Origin: the human T2T-CHM13v2.0 reference genome, Homo sapiens
DNA: 64,000 nucleotides
NCBI RefSeq assembly: GCF_009914755.1
Contig: NC_060942.1
Direction: 5' to 3' (one strand)
In this document: positions 1 through 14,469 of the stretch, piece by piece
Layout of the letters: every line of letters starts with the position of its first letter
Position numbering within the stretch: the stretch's first letter is position 1
Notes under the pieces: model-generated
What the model saw: the letters and a program-made list of their open reading frames with translations, nothing else
The model's database searches: none
What the model was told of the DNA's origin: nothing
Made by a program: the position numbers and the translations under genes

Positions 1-39
1 CATATATTTGTTCAAAATTTATTCTGGCTTTTAAACCAA

Positions 40-1340
40 ATTTCTGATGTCATTTACTTTCTGTGGAAAGAATATCCTTTAGATTTTCATTTAGTGATGG
101 TATGTGGTAGTAAGCTCTTTAATTTTGTCTTATTCTAAAAATATATTTATTTCATTCTTAGATAATTTTCTGATTATATAATTTTAGATTGACAGTAATT
201 TTGTTTTGGCATCATGAATATTTATATTATTAAATAATCTTCTGACTTCCATTGCTAAACAGGTCAAATAATCACACATTTTCAAGTAATCTATCTTTTC
301 TTTCTGGTTGCTTTTAAAATCATGTGTTTTAAAATTTATTTATTGCTGTTTCACTGTGCATGAGATTATGTCTATATGTATTTTTACTTTCCTGCTTGGA
401 ATTTTATTAAGCTACTTAGATCCAAAAATTGTTGTCTTTCCAAAAGTCACAATATATATGACTGAAATTGCTCTGTCAAAGTGTAGGGATATTTTTACCT
501 TTAAAAGATACTGTCAAATGCTGTTAAACATATATTAACTTAATAGTCCCATAAGCTATTCCAAAAGTTGCATTTGCTCCAAATCCCAACTAATATTTTG
601 AATCATATTATAATTACTGCCACTTTTTTTTGTTTGTTTTGGTCTTAGTTTTAGTTATTTTGATAATTGTGCAGTGATATATCATTGGAGTTTTAATTTG
701 CATTTTCCTAATGACTGATGATGTAGAGCATCTTTCCATATTTGAATATCCTTTTTTGGAAATTTCTATTCAACAATTTTGCCTATGCATCTTTTAGTGT
801 TTTCTGTTGTTGTTGTTTATTGGAATGTAAGAGTTCTCGTATAATCTGCATATGAGTGCTTGGATAGATGTGGGTAATGCATCCATTGCGTTTTGCAATT
901 CTACATACATACAGATTCAGCTTGCCAAATTCTTAAAAAAAAAAAAAAGCAACTTTTGAGACATAATTGACATTATGTTGAATTTATATTTTTAATTTAG
1001 AGTGAATTGACACCTTTATACCTACTGTTCCAATCCATAAAACTTATCTTTCTCCAAGTGTTATTTTATCTTTTTCAATTTAAAATAAAATTCTAGCTTT
1101 CAGCATAGAGGTCTTGCATATTTCTAGTTATGTTTATTCATAGGTGTTTTATCTTTTGTATTACTCTAAATGGTCTGTTTGCTTTTTATATTTGATGTTG
1201 CTGGTATGAAGTAATGTAATACCTTGTATTTTGTATATTGTTTTTGTATTGAATGATCTTATATGCATTTGCAAATTTAAAAAGTTATAGATTCTTAAAG
1301 TTTTTCTACATGTTCAATCTTACTTTCCGGGTATAGGCAC
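40..1340 (-). mobile_element. Old, highly degraded L1M LINE fragments
   Basis: Antisense L1 ORF2-like stretches, e.g. gtgatatatcattggagttttaatttgcattttcctaatgactgatgatgtagagcatct (~672-735); similar L1M-like sequence resumes after ~3165. Confidence 0.65.
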
Positions 1341-1344
1341 AATG

Positions 1345-2157
1345 TTATTTATTTATTTTTATTTTTATTTTTTTAAATTTCCAACTCTTATTTTAGACTG
1401 GAGGAGTGCATGTACAAGTATATTACATGGGTATATTGTAGGATTCGGAGGTTTAGGATACAAATGATCCTGTCACCCAGTTAGTGAGCATGAAACCCAG
1501 CAGTTTTTCAACACTTGCCCCACTTCCTTCCTCCTCCCTCTAGTAGTCCTTAGTCTTAGTTGTAGCCATCTTTATGTCCATGAGTATCCAATATTTAGCT
1601 GTTACTTATAAGTGAGAACATGCAGTATTTGTTTTTTTTGTTTCTGTTAATCTGCTTAGGATAACGGCCTTTTTAATAGCTGAATAGTATTCCATGGTGT
1701 ATATGTACCACATTTTCTTTATCCAATCCATCCACTTTTGATGGAATGCTAAGCAGATTCCATGTCTTTGCTATGGCAAATAGTGCTGTGATGAACATAT
1801 CAGTTCATGTGTCCTTTTGGTAGAATGATTTATTTTGTTTTGAATATATACCCATTAGTGGGATTACTAGGTCAAATGGTAGTTGTGCTCTGAGTTCTAT
1901 GGGAAATCTTCAGTCTGCTTTCCACAGTGGCTGAACTAATTTGCATTTCCACCAACAGTGTATAAGCATTCCCTTTTCTCCTCAGCCTCACCAGCATCTG
2001 TTGTTTTTTGACTTTTTAGTAATAACCATTATGACTAGTGTGAGATAGTACCTCAGTGTGGTTTTGATTTGCATTTCTCTGATGATAAGCGATGTTGAAC
2101 ATTCTTTCATATATTTTTTGGCCACTTGTATGTCTTCTTTTGAAAAGTGTCTGTTCA
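1345..2157 (-). mobile_element. L1PA15/16-like LINE-1 3' end (3'UTR plus end of ORF2)
   Basis: T-rich tail at 1345-1375, then ...ttacatgggtatattg...aaatgatcctgtcacccag...gtgagcat, typical of older L1PA 3'UTRs; ends at tcttcttttgaaaagtgtctgttca. Confidence 0.85.
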
Positions 2158-3163
<1,006 letters not shown>

Positions 3164-3634
3164 TATTGTGCTAGCTATAAATACAGTGGCATGGGATATC
3201 ATTTTCATTCACAGGATGAATGTTTTCCATGTTTTATTATTGAGTTTAATGTTTGCTTTAGGCTTTTTCTTGGTATTTTTTCTTGGGTCAATAAAATTTC
3301 CTTCTTTGCCTAGTTTTCTACAGTATAAGTAAGTATTTATTTTACGCATTTTTGCATCTATTCAGACAAGCAAATGTTATTTGTTTTATGTTAATATGGT
3401 GAATTGCTTTAAAAGAGGATTCTGATGTTAACTACTCTAGTGTACCTAGTATTTTCTTTTGCTTATATATAATGAATGATATATCATGTAATAATAATTA
3501 CTGTTTTTCTATTGAATTGACTCTTATTAAATGTATTTCTTGATCCTTGCTTGTATAAGGTTTCTACTGATATTAAAATTTATTAATATTGGAATATTAG
3601 CTTTCTTCACAGTATATTTGTAAGATTTAACTTT

Positions 3635-4002
<368 letters not shown>

Positions 4003-5499
4003 TAGCCATATGTTGTGATGATTTACTTTGTATTTATTTTTACAATTTTTGTCATATATTTTTACGTAAAATGTAACTTACTAACATGTGCATTAAATTC
4101 TCCATTTGAATATCTGTTTTAATCTGCCCCATCTATTTTGGTCATTTTTATTTTCTTACCTTCAGATTTCATTGTATTCTGCCTTCACCCCCATTAATTT
4201 GCAACTTAGGTATAATGCTGCTTCTTTTCCTCTTTCTCTTCATAGTTACCCTAGATACTAAAACATACATTGTCAATTCATTAGAGATTACTTTAAATTA
4301 ATATATTTACCATATACTAAGTAGTATCTGACTTCAGACATTTGTCTCTCTTTATTGCTATATTTTTCTACTATTAGTTTTATAAATTTAGCATATATTT
4401 CAAACCCCAGAAGATGTAAACATTATTGTTTTAAACAGTCAATATTTTAGATTAACTTATACAGCTAACCTTTTACATATTTACCATGTTTTTGAGCACT
4501 ACCCTAGTTGCCTCTGGAATCTTGATTCTTCTGTCAGAAGAATTCTCTCAGATAAGGTATTTATTTTTGTAAAGATCTGCATTTTTTTATTTTTTGATCA
4601 ATCTTTATTTTGCCTTCATTGCTGAAGCTTATTTTCACTGGGTATGGTGTTTTATTGGGCCATTATTTTCTTTCTACCCTTCCAAACTGGTGTTGTGGTG
4701 TTATTTCAGGAAAGGTTTACTTTTTCTCTGTGCAGCAGATGATGTCTGGGCACAGCTTTATTCTAGTTTGCCATTATTACTAGTTTATGTTTTTTCCAAA
4801 GTTACAAATAAAACCTAGGGTATTGTTATCATTCTTGTATTGTTTCACTAAAAAAAAAAAATCTATTTAGCCTTTTAGTTCTTTAAAAGTTATCTTCCTT
4901 TCTTTCCCTTTTGTTGTGTGTGATCTGACCACAGACAGGTACAAGACACAGTCAGCAAGCAGCTGATGGGGGAGTTGTATGTAGAATATTAAACTCCACT
5001 CAGAATTTGCTATTTCTAGAATCTTAGCTTCTTGAGTATTACATCTTCTGTTGATCCTTCATGCTTTCACACGGTTATTTATTGCCTTCATCTCCAATTC
5101 TTGAGGAGGGTTAATGTAATTCCAGTATTTTCTTCATCATGAAAAGAGGATATAAATATATTTAAATTAACAAAGTCTGTGGTATTCCTCCAGAATGGCT
5201 ACAACTCTTTACTCTTGCCAGAGTCTCATTACTTTTATGTTTTTATTTTTTTTATTATACTTTAAGTTCGAGGGTACATGTGCACAAGTACAGGTTTGTT
5301 ACATATGTATAAATGTGCCATGTTGGTGTGCTGGACCCGTTAACTCATCATTTACATTAGGTATGTCTCCTAATGCTATCCCTCCCCACTCCCAGCACCC
5401 CATGACAGGCTCGGTGTGTGATGTTCCCCTTCCTGTCTCCAAGTGTTCTCATTGTTCAATTCCCACCTATGAGTGAGAACATGCGGTGCTTGGGTTTTT

Positions 5500-7400
<1,901 letters not shown>

Positions 7401-7463
7401 TATGATGTTGGCTGGTTATTTTGCTCATTAGTTGATGCAGTTTCTTCCTAGTCTCGATGGTCT

Positions 7464-8475
7464 TTACATTTTGGCATGATTTTGCAGCGGCTGGTACCAG
7501 TTGTTCCTCTCCATGTTTAGTGCTTCCTTCAGGAGCTCTTTTAGGGCAGGCCTGGTGGTGACAAAATCTCTCAGCATTTGCTTGTCTGTAAAGTATTTTA
7601 TTTCTCCTTCACTTATGAAGCTTAGTTTGGCTGGATATGAAATTCTGGGTTGAAAATTCTTTAAGAATGTTGAATATTGGCCCCCACTCTCTTCTGGCTT
7701 GTAGAGTTTCTGCCGAGAGATCTGCTGTTAGTCTGATGGGCTTCCCTTTGAGGGTAACCCGACCTTTCTCTCTGGCTGCCCTTAACATTTTTTCCTTCAT
7801 TTCAACTTTGGTGAATCTGACAATTATGTGTCTTGGTGTTGCTGTTCTCGAGGAGTATCTTTGTGGCATTCTCTGTACTTCCTGAATCTGAATGTTGGCC
7901 TGCCTTGCTAGATTGGGGAAGTTCTCCTGGATAATGTCCTGCAGAGTGTTTTCCAACTTGGTTCCATTCTCCCCGTCACTTTCAGATAAACCATCAGATG
8001 TAGATTTGGTCTTTTCACATAGTCCCATATTTCTTGGAGGCTTTGCTTGTTTCTTTTTATTCTTTTTTCTCTAAACTTCCCTTCTCACTTCATTTCATTC
8101 ATTTCATCTTCCATCGCTGATACCCTTTCTTCCAGTTGATCACATCGGCTCCTGAGGCTTCTGCATTCTTCACGTAGTTCTCGAGCCTTGGTTTTCAGCT
8201 CCATCAGCTCCTTTAAGCACTTCTCTGTATTGGTTATTCTAGTTGTACATTCTTCTAAATTTTTTTCGAAGTTTTCAACTTCTTTGTCTTTTGTTTGAAT
8301 GTCCTCCCGTAGCTAGGAGTAATTTGATCGTCTGAAGCCTTCTTCTCTCAGCTCGTCAAAGTCATTCTCTGTCCTGCTTTGTTCTGTTGCTGGTGAGGAA
8401 CTGCATTCCTTTGGAGGAGGAGAGACGCTCTGCTTTTTAAAGTTTCTGGTTTTTCTGCTCTGTTTTTTTCCCCAT
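7464..8475 (-). pseudogene. L1 ORF1p remnant (frameshifted)
   Basis: ATG at 8475 (GATGGGGAAAAAAACAG); ORF 7609-8028 gives NFPNLARQANIQIQE...RHIIVRFTKVEMKEKMLRAAREK; indels near 7985 and 7655 break the frame. Confidence 0.9.
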
Positions 8476-9378
8476 CTTTGTGGTTTTATCTACTTTTGGT
8501 CTTTGATGATGGTAATGTACAGATGGGTTTTTGGTGTGGATGTCCTTTCTGTTTGTTAGTTTTCCTTCTAACAGACAGGACCCTCAGCTGCAGGTCTGTT
8601 GGAGTACCCGGCCGTGTGAGGTGTCAGTCTGCCCCTGCTGGGGGGTGCCTCCCAGTTAGGCTGCTCAGGGGTCAGGGGTCAGGGACCCACTTGAGGAGGC
8701 AGTCTGCCCGTTCTCAGATCTCCAGCTGCGTGCTGGGAGAACCACTGCTCTCTTCAAAGCTGTCAGACAGGGACATTTAAGTCTGCAGAGGTTACTGCTG
8801 TCTTTTTGCCTGTGCCCTGCCCCCAGAGGTGGAGCCTACAGAGGCAGGCAGGCCTCCTTGAGCTGTGGTGGGCTCCACCCAGTTCGAGCTTCCCAGCTGC
8901 TTTGTTTACCTAATCAAGCCTGGGCAATGGCGGGCGCCCCTCCCCCAGCCTCGCTGCCGCCTTGCAGTTTGATCTCAGACTGCTGTGCTAGCAATCAGCG
9001 AGACTCCGTGGGCATAGCACCCTCCGAGCCAGGTGCGGGATATAATCTCGTGGTGTGCCGTTTTTTAAGCCCGTCGGAAAAGCGCAGTATTCGGGTGGGA
9101 GTGACCCGATTTTCCAGGTGCCGTCTGTCACCACTCTCTTTGACTCGAAAAGGGAACTCCCTGACCCCTTGCGCTTCCCGAGTGAGGCAATGCCTTGCCC
9201 TGCTTCAGCTCACGCACAGTGCGCACACCCACTGACCTGCGCCCACTGTCTGGCACTCCCTAGTGAGATGAACCCGGTACCTCAGATGGAAATGCAGAAA
9301 TCACCCGTCTTCTGCATCGCTCATGCTGGGAGCTGTAGACTGGAGCTGTTCCTATTCGGCCATCTTGGCTCCTCCCCC
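8476..9378 (-). promoter_or_regulatory. L1 5'UTR: sense promoter with YY1 site plus antisense promoter; CpG-rich
   Basis: YY1 motif AAGATGGCC near the 5' end; many CpGs retained; ggtactccaacagacc junction (~8600) lacks the 129-bp segment of L1PA4 and older. Confidence 0.8.
8927..9235 (+). CDS. L1 antisense ORF0 (open, 102 codons)
   Basis: gcaATGGcgggcgcc gives MAGAPPPASLPPCSLISDCCASNQRDSVG..., the known ORF0 N-terminus; donor-like sites ccag/gtgcgg (~9031) and tttccag/gtgccg (~9117) retained. Expression unknown. Confidence 0.65.
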   Translation: MAGAPPPASLPPCSLISDCCASNQRDSVGIAPSEPGAGYNLVVCRFLSPSEKRSIRVGVTRFSRCRLSPLSLTRKGNSLTPCASRVRQCLALLQLTHSAHTH

Positions 9379-10899
9379 TATAAATTTCCTATTAAAAAAT
9401 AATGCATATACTTTGTCTTCAATTTCTGTTAAAACTCTCTTCATTAGTCAGACATTTCAGTTTGAGCTGTAATCTTAACTGCCATAGATTTTTTGAGTGA
9501 TGGTCTCTTTTTTTTTTTTTTCTAAGTGGAAATTTTTGTTTACTTTGGAAGACCCAGGACCAATATTATCTCTTGTAGGAAGCATTCTTTGCCATTCAGG
9601 CAGGATATGTTTGATGGAAAGAAGATTAGTAGAACATACAGCTACTGTACACTTTGTGATGGAATGTATCACATGATACTAAAATTGCCACTGCAGTGGG
9701 GAAAAAAAAATAACAAAACTGCTCCTCCTCAAATTTTCCAAGGGAAATTCCCACAGTTTCTATTAAGACTTTTAATTTATATAGTACCAGGCTCAAATTC
9801 CCAATTTTACATAAAGGCAAATGCTATGCTATGATTATTATCCCCAGTATGAGGATAGAGAACTACCTCTCTCAAAAGAGCTACAACCCTTTACTACAGT
9901 TAAAAACTTCTTTGGCTGAGACTCCAGTTATTTTGATACTATCCCTGGTAATAGCTGCATAACAAACATAATTCACTGAAACCCACTTAAGAGAATTACT
10001 GGTAAAAGAATAAAACATTTATTGAAATCAATTCTCTCTGTCCCAAAACTCTCAATTATAACCATAGCTGTTAAAGAAATTGCTGCTGCTGAATGAATAA
10101 AACAGGTTTTAAATATAGATCTCTGAAAAGCCTTCTATTCCAGTCACATTCTGATTACTGGAAAGACTCCACATTACCCTTACTTCTTGGCACTTGAACT
10201 CCATGTAAAGTTTGAATGTGGACTGAGCAGAGAGAAAAGTAGGAAATATCAAAACTGAAAAGGGTGTGTGCTGTTAAACGGATTACTGTTTTTTCTTCCT
10301 AAAGAGAAACCAGAGCTGCCATGGTAATAAGAATAGAAGAATATCTTATAAATATTTTTGTGTACATAGAAAGGCAATCAGTAAGTACCCAGTAAGTAAT
10401 TTATGATGACAATCTTATAGAACTATTTTAACATATTTACTGGGAAACTTTCTTGAATACAGAGCTATACAAAGCACTCAGTATAGTCTCTGTCTTAAAA
10501 TAACTGCAATTTAAATTAACTGATAAAATACATACCTGAACATGTAATGTCCAATCTTAAGTACTAAGAAATCTGCAAAAATTCATATGTAAAAAATGGA
10601 CTGTTCATTATCTACCTGATAAGGAATGTTTTCATGGTGAAAGTGGGACCTACAATGATGGACGTCTTACTACTCACTCATTTTTACAAATCTATACTCC
10701 AGCATTCCTATGAAATATTGGTTAATTGGAGAAGTAGTTTTGGTCTTCTAGGTACCTCATCTGAATGCTTCAAATTGCCCATCAGACTCACATGTGCTCT
10801 GTTAAGTTTATTGTGTACTTTTCAAGGGCAAAGATGGAATCTCTCTGGAGAAGGTAGGCTCTTGATTCAGATATTCAATTCCAGACCCATCTCTAATAT

Positions 10900-11175
10900 T
10901 ACTTTGTATCATCAGACTTAATATTTGACACAATTTGCACTGTTACTTCATTTGGCAACTTGGAATGACAATATAAAAACTTACCTTGTAAGTTTGCTGT
11001 GAGTATTGAATTAAATAATTTATCTAATTTACATCCTGGCTTACAGAAATTGCTCACGAAATGCTATCTACCTTGATTATCTTTTTCATATAATATTGTA
11101 TCTCAACATCTACAATAGTACTCAGCAAATAGAAAAGGTTCAATGAAAGTGTCATAAATGAATTAATGTGTGAAG
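10900..11175. mobile_element. MIR and L2 3'-end fragments
   Basis: MIR-like ttaccttgtaagtttgctgtgagtattgaattaaataat; L2-like tactcagcaaatagaaaaggttcaatgaaa...aatgaattaatg. Confidence 0.5.
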
Positions 11176-11559
11176 TGACAAAGGCTCAAAAGCAGATAAA
11201 GAAGTCACCCTGAGGACAATAAGGATATAAACCAGCGCATTAACCTCACTGTAAAAATTTCTGGAAGGAAAACGCTGTGTCTTATTTACCATAATTTTCT
11301 TCACTTATCTCAACATATTAAGACAACATATTTAGATAAGCACATAACTTAAACTACAAGGCAAATCCTTAGCTAAAACTTAGTGATTAGTTGTAATTAC
11401 TAACTTTTTAAACATTTTAGTTAATACTTAATCAGTGTGCTATTAATGGTACAATTAGCTTCTGTTGATTAAGTACTTGTATGAGCCTTGTACTTCAAGT
11501 TCTTTATACGTAAATCCTCACTGCAACTTTTTGAAGAAACTGTAGTAAATAAATGAACA

Positions 11560-11652
11560 ATTGTGAAACCATGAGACAATTAAACCTCTTCTCTTTATAC
11601 ATTAGTCATTCTCAGGTGGTTCTTTATAGCAGAGCGAGAATGGACTAATACA
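11560..11652 (+). mobile_element. MSTA LTR terminal fragment, inverted relative to the adjacent provirus
   Basis: caattaaacctcttctctttata...ttctttatagcagagcgagaatggactaataca. Confidence 0.8.
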
Positions 11653-11715
11653 GAGCTTTTGTCTTCTCTCTAGTTAGACCAACTGGAAAGTGCAAATCTT
11701 TCTTTTCATTTAGTT

Positions 11716-13564
11716 GGCCCCCCAAAATCTTAACTCATTCCAGCATTAAGTCAAAAGCTTAAGCCAAAGTTCTATATGAGACAAGACAAGTCCCTTCTGC
11801 CTATGAGATTATAAAATCAAAAACAAATTAGTTACTTCCAAGATACACTGGGAGGTACAGGCATTGAGTAAATATTCCCTTTCCAAAAGGGAGAAATTGG
11901 GCAAAACAAAGGGACTACAAGCCCCATGCAAGTCAGAAACCCAGCAGAGCAATCATTAAATCTGAAAGCTCCAAAATAATCTCTTTTGAGTCCATGTCTC
12001 ACATCCAGATCACACTGATACCAGCAGTGGTCTCCCAAGGCCTTGGGCAGCACTGCCCCTGTGGCTATGCCGGACTCATCTCCCTTGCCTGCTCTCAAGG
12101 GCTGGCATTAAGTGCCTGTGGCTCTTCTAGGTACACAGTGCAAGCTGTAGGTGGAACTACAATTGTGGGGTCTGGAAGACAGTAGCCCTCTTTTCACAGC
12201 TCCACTATGCAGTGTCCCACTGTGTGGGGGCTCCAACCCCACATTTTCCCTTGCTGTCCTAGTAGAGGTTCCTTCACTATGCTAGTAAAGGTTCTCCATG
12301 AGGGTTCCACCCCTGCAGCAGACTTATGCTTGTACTTGTGGTGTTTCTTTACATCCTCTTAAATCTAGGCAGTGGCTCCCAAGCCTCAACTCTTGTCCTC
12401 TGTGCAACTGGAGGCCGAACACCACATGGATGCCACCAAGGCTTGGGGCTTACACCACTCCCTGAAGCAATGACCCAAGCTGTACCCTTGGCCCCTTTTA
12501 GCTAAAGCTGGAATTGAAGCACATTGATTAAGTATTAACTAAAATGTTTAAAAAGTTAATGCTTATAATTAATCATTAAGTTTTAGCTAGTGATATGCCT
12601 TGTACTTTAAGTTTATGTACTTATCTAAATGTGTTGCCTTAATATGTTGAGGTAAGTGAAGAAAATTCAAGTAAATAAGATGCAGTGTTTGCCTTCCAGA
12701 AACTTATACAATGAGGTTAATGCTCCTAAATTCTTATTTAGTGGTTTATAAACTTATTGTTCTCAAGGTGACTTCTTTATCTGCTTTTGAGCCTTTATCT
12801 GAGACATGGGATGCAGGACACCACGTCCCAAGGCTGCACAGAGCAGTGGGGTCCTGGGCCTGGCCCAGGAAACCATTTTGCCCTCCTAAGCCTCTGGGCT
12901 GTAATGGGAGAGGCTGCTATGAAGGTCTCTGAAATGTCTTGGAGGCATTTTTCCTATTGTCTTGGCTATTAGCTACTCTTTATTTATGCAAATTTCTGTA
13001 GCCTTCTTGAATTCCTCCCCAGTAAATGGGTTTTTCTTTTCTACTGCATGGCTGTGCTGCAAATCTTCCAAACTTTTATGCTTTGCTTTCCTTTTAAATA
13101 TGTTCTAGTTTCAAGTTATTTCTTTGTTTATGCAAATAGCATAGGCTTTTTGAAGAAGCCAGGTCACATCTTGAACACTTAGCTGCTTAAAAATTTATTC
13201 CACCAGATATCTTAAAGCATCTCTCTCAAGTTCAAATTTCCACAGATCTCTAAAGTAGGGGCACAATGTCTCCAGTCTTTTTGCTAAAGCATAGCAAAAA
13301 TCACTGTTCCTCCATTTTCCAATAAGTTTCTCACCTCCACCTGAGACCTCATCAGCCTGGCCATCTCTTTTTATATCACTGTTAGTATTTTGGTCAAAAC
13401 CATTCAACAAATCTATAGGAAGTGCCAAGCCTTTCCTCATCTTCCTGTCTTCTTCTGAGACCTCCATACTGTTCCAATCTCTGCCCATCTCCCAGTTCCA
13501 AAGCTGCTTCCACATTTTCAGGTGTTTTTATTAGCATAGTCGCACTTTTCTAGGACCAGTTTTC
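11716..13564 (-). mobile_element. MST-int (MaLR internal region) carrying a foreign 280-bp insert
   Basis: Typical MST/THE1-int sequence (caagttagttacttccaagataca-like, ccatgtctcacatccag, ctagtagaggttctccatgaggg); ORF 13195-13515 resembles the MaLR ORF. Confidence 0.9.
12519..12799 (-). repeat. Inverted copy of 11177-11440
   Basis: gcacattgattaagtattaactaaaatgtttaaaaagtta is the reverse complement of taactttttaaacattttagttaatacttaatcagtgtgc (one mismatch); the match continues to gacttctttatctgcttttgagccttt. Confidence 0.95.
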
Positions 13565-13942
13565 TGTATTAGTCTGTTTTCACACTTCTATAAAGATATA
13601 CCTGAGACTGGGTAATTTATAAAGAAAAGAGGTTTAATTGACTCAGTTATGCACGGTTGGGGAGGCCTCAGGAAACATACATTCATGGTAGAAGGTGAAG
13701 GGAAAGCCAGCACATCCTATATATCTGGAGCAGGAGGAAGAGAGCAAAGCGAGAGGTGCTACACACTTTCAAACGGCCAGATCTCATGAGAACTCACTCA
13801 CAAGAAAGCACTAGGGGGATGGTCCTAAACCATTAGAAACTGCCTGTATGTTCCAATCCCCTCCCACCAGGCCCTACTGTCAACATTGAGGATTACAATT
13901 CAACATGAGATTTTAGTGGGGATAGAGAGGCAAACCATATCA
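13565..13942 (-). mobile_element. MSTA LTR
   Basis: tgtattagtctgttttcacac...gggtaatttataaagaaaagagg...aaaccatatca. Confidence 0.92.
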
Positions 13943-14469
13943 GGCCCTATGAAATAGGTTAAGGTCAAAGAGATAAGGACCAAGAAATTATTTATAGGAC
14001 ATATAAAATAACCCAGTTATAATTTCAGCACTTCAATCCTTGTTAATTCTCACTGTAGAATTATGTTACCAAATTACATAATCAAAATTTATGTAACCTC
14101 AATGAAGAATTATATTACCAAAGTTGATAAGTGAAGCTACTGACTCTAATATTTAATTTTTATGTAACAAGTTTTATTATTAAAAGATCTCTGCTATCAT
14201 CTTTACCAATGATCTTTCACCATTGATCTTTCTCAAAATTCTCAATATGATTGACTACGGAAAAAAACCAAAATATACAATAAACAACCTAAAACAAGGA
14301 AAAAAATTAGTAAAACAAACAACCCTATTGAGCATCTGACAGAAAGCCCAAGTACTTACCTCAATACCTTTACTAATTAGCTCTGTGAGCAAGTTTCATT
14401 AGCTCTGTGGCCTTCTATTTTCTCGTGTGTTATAGCTAATCCTTATATAATATTTAGAATACAAAATGT

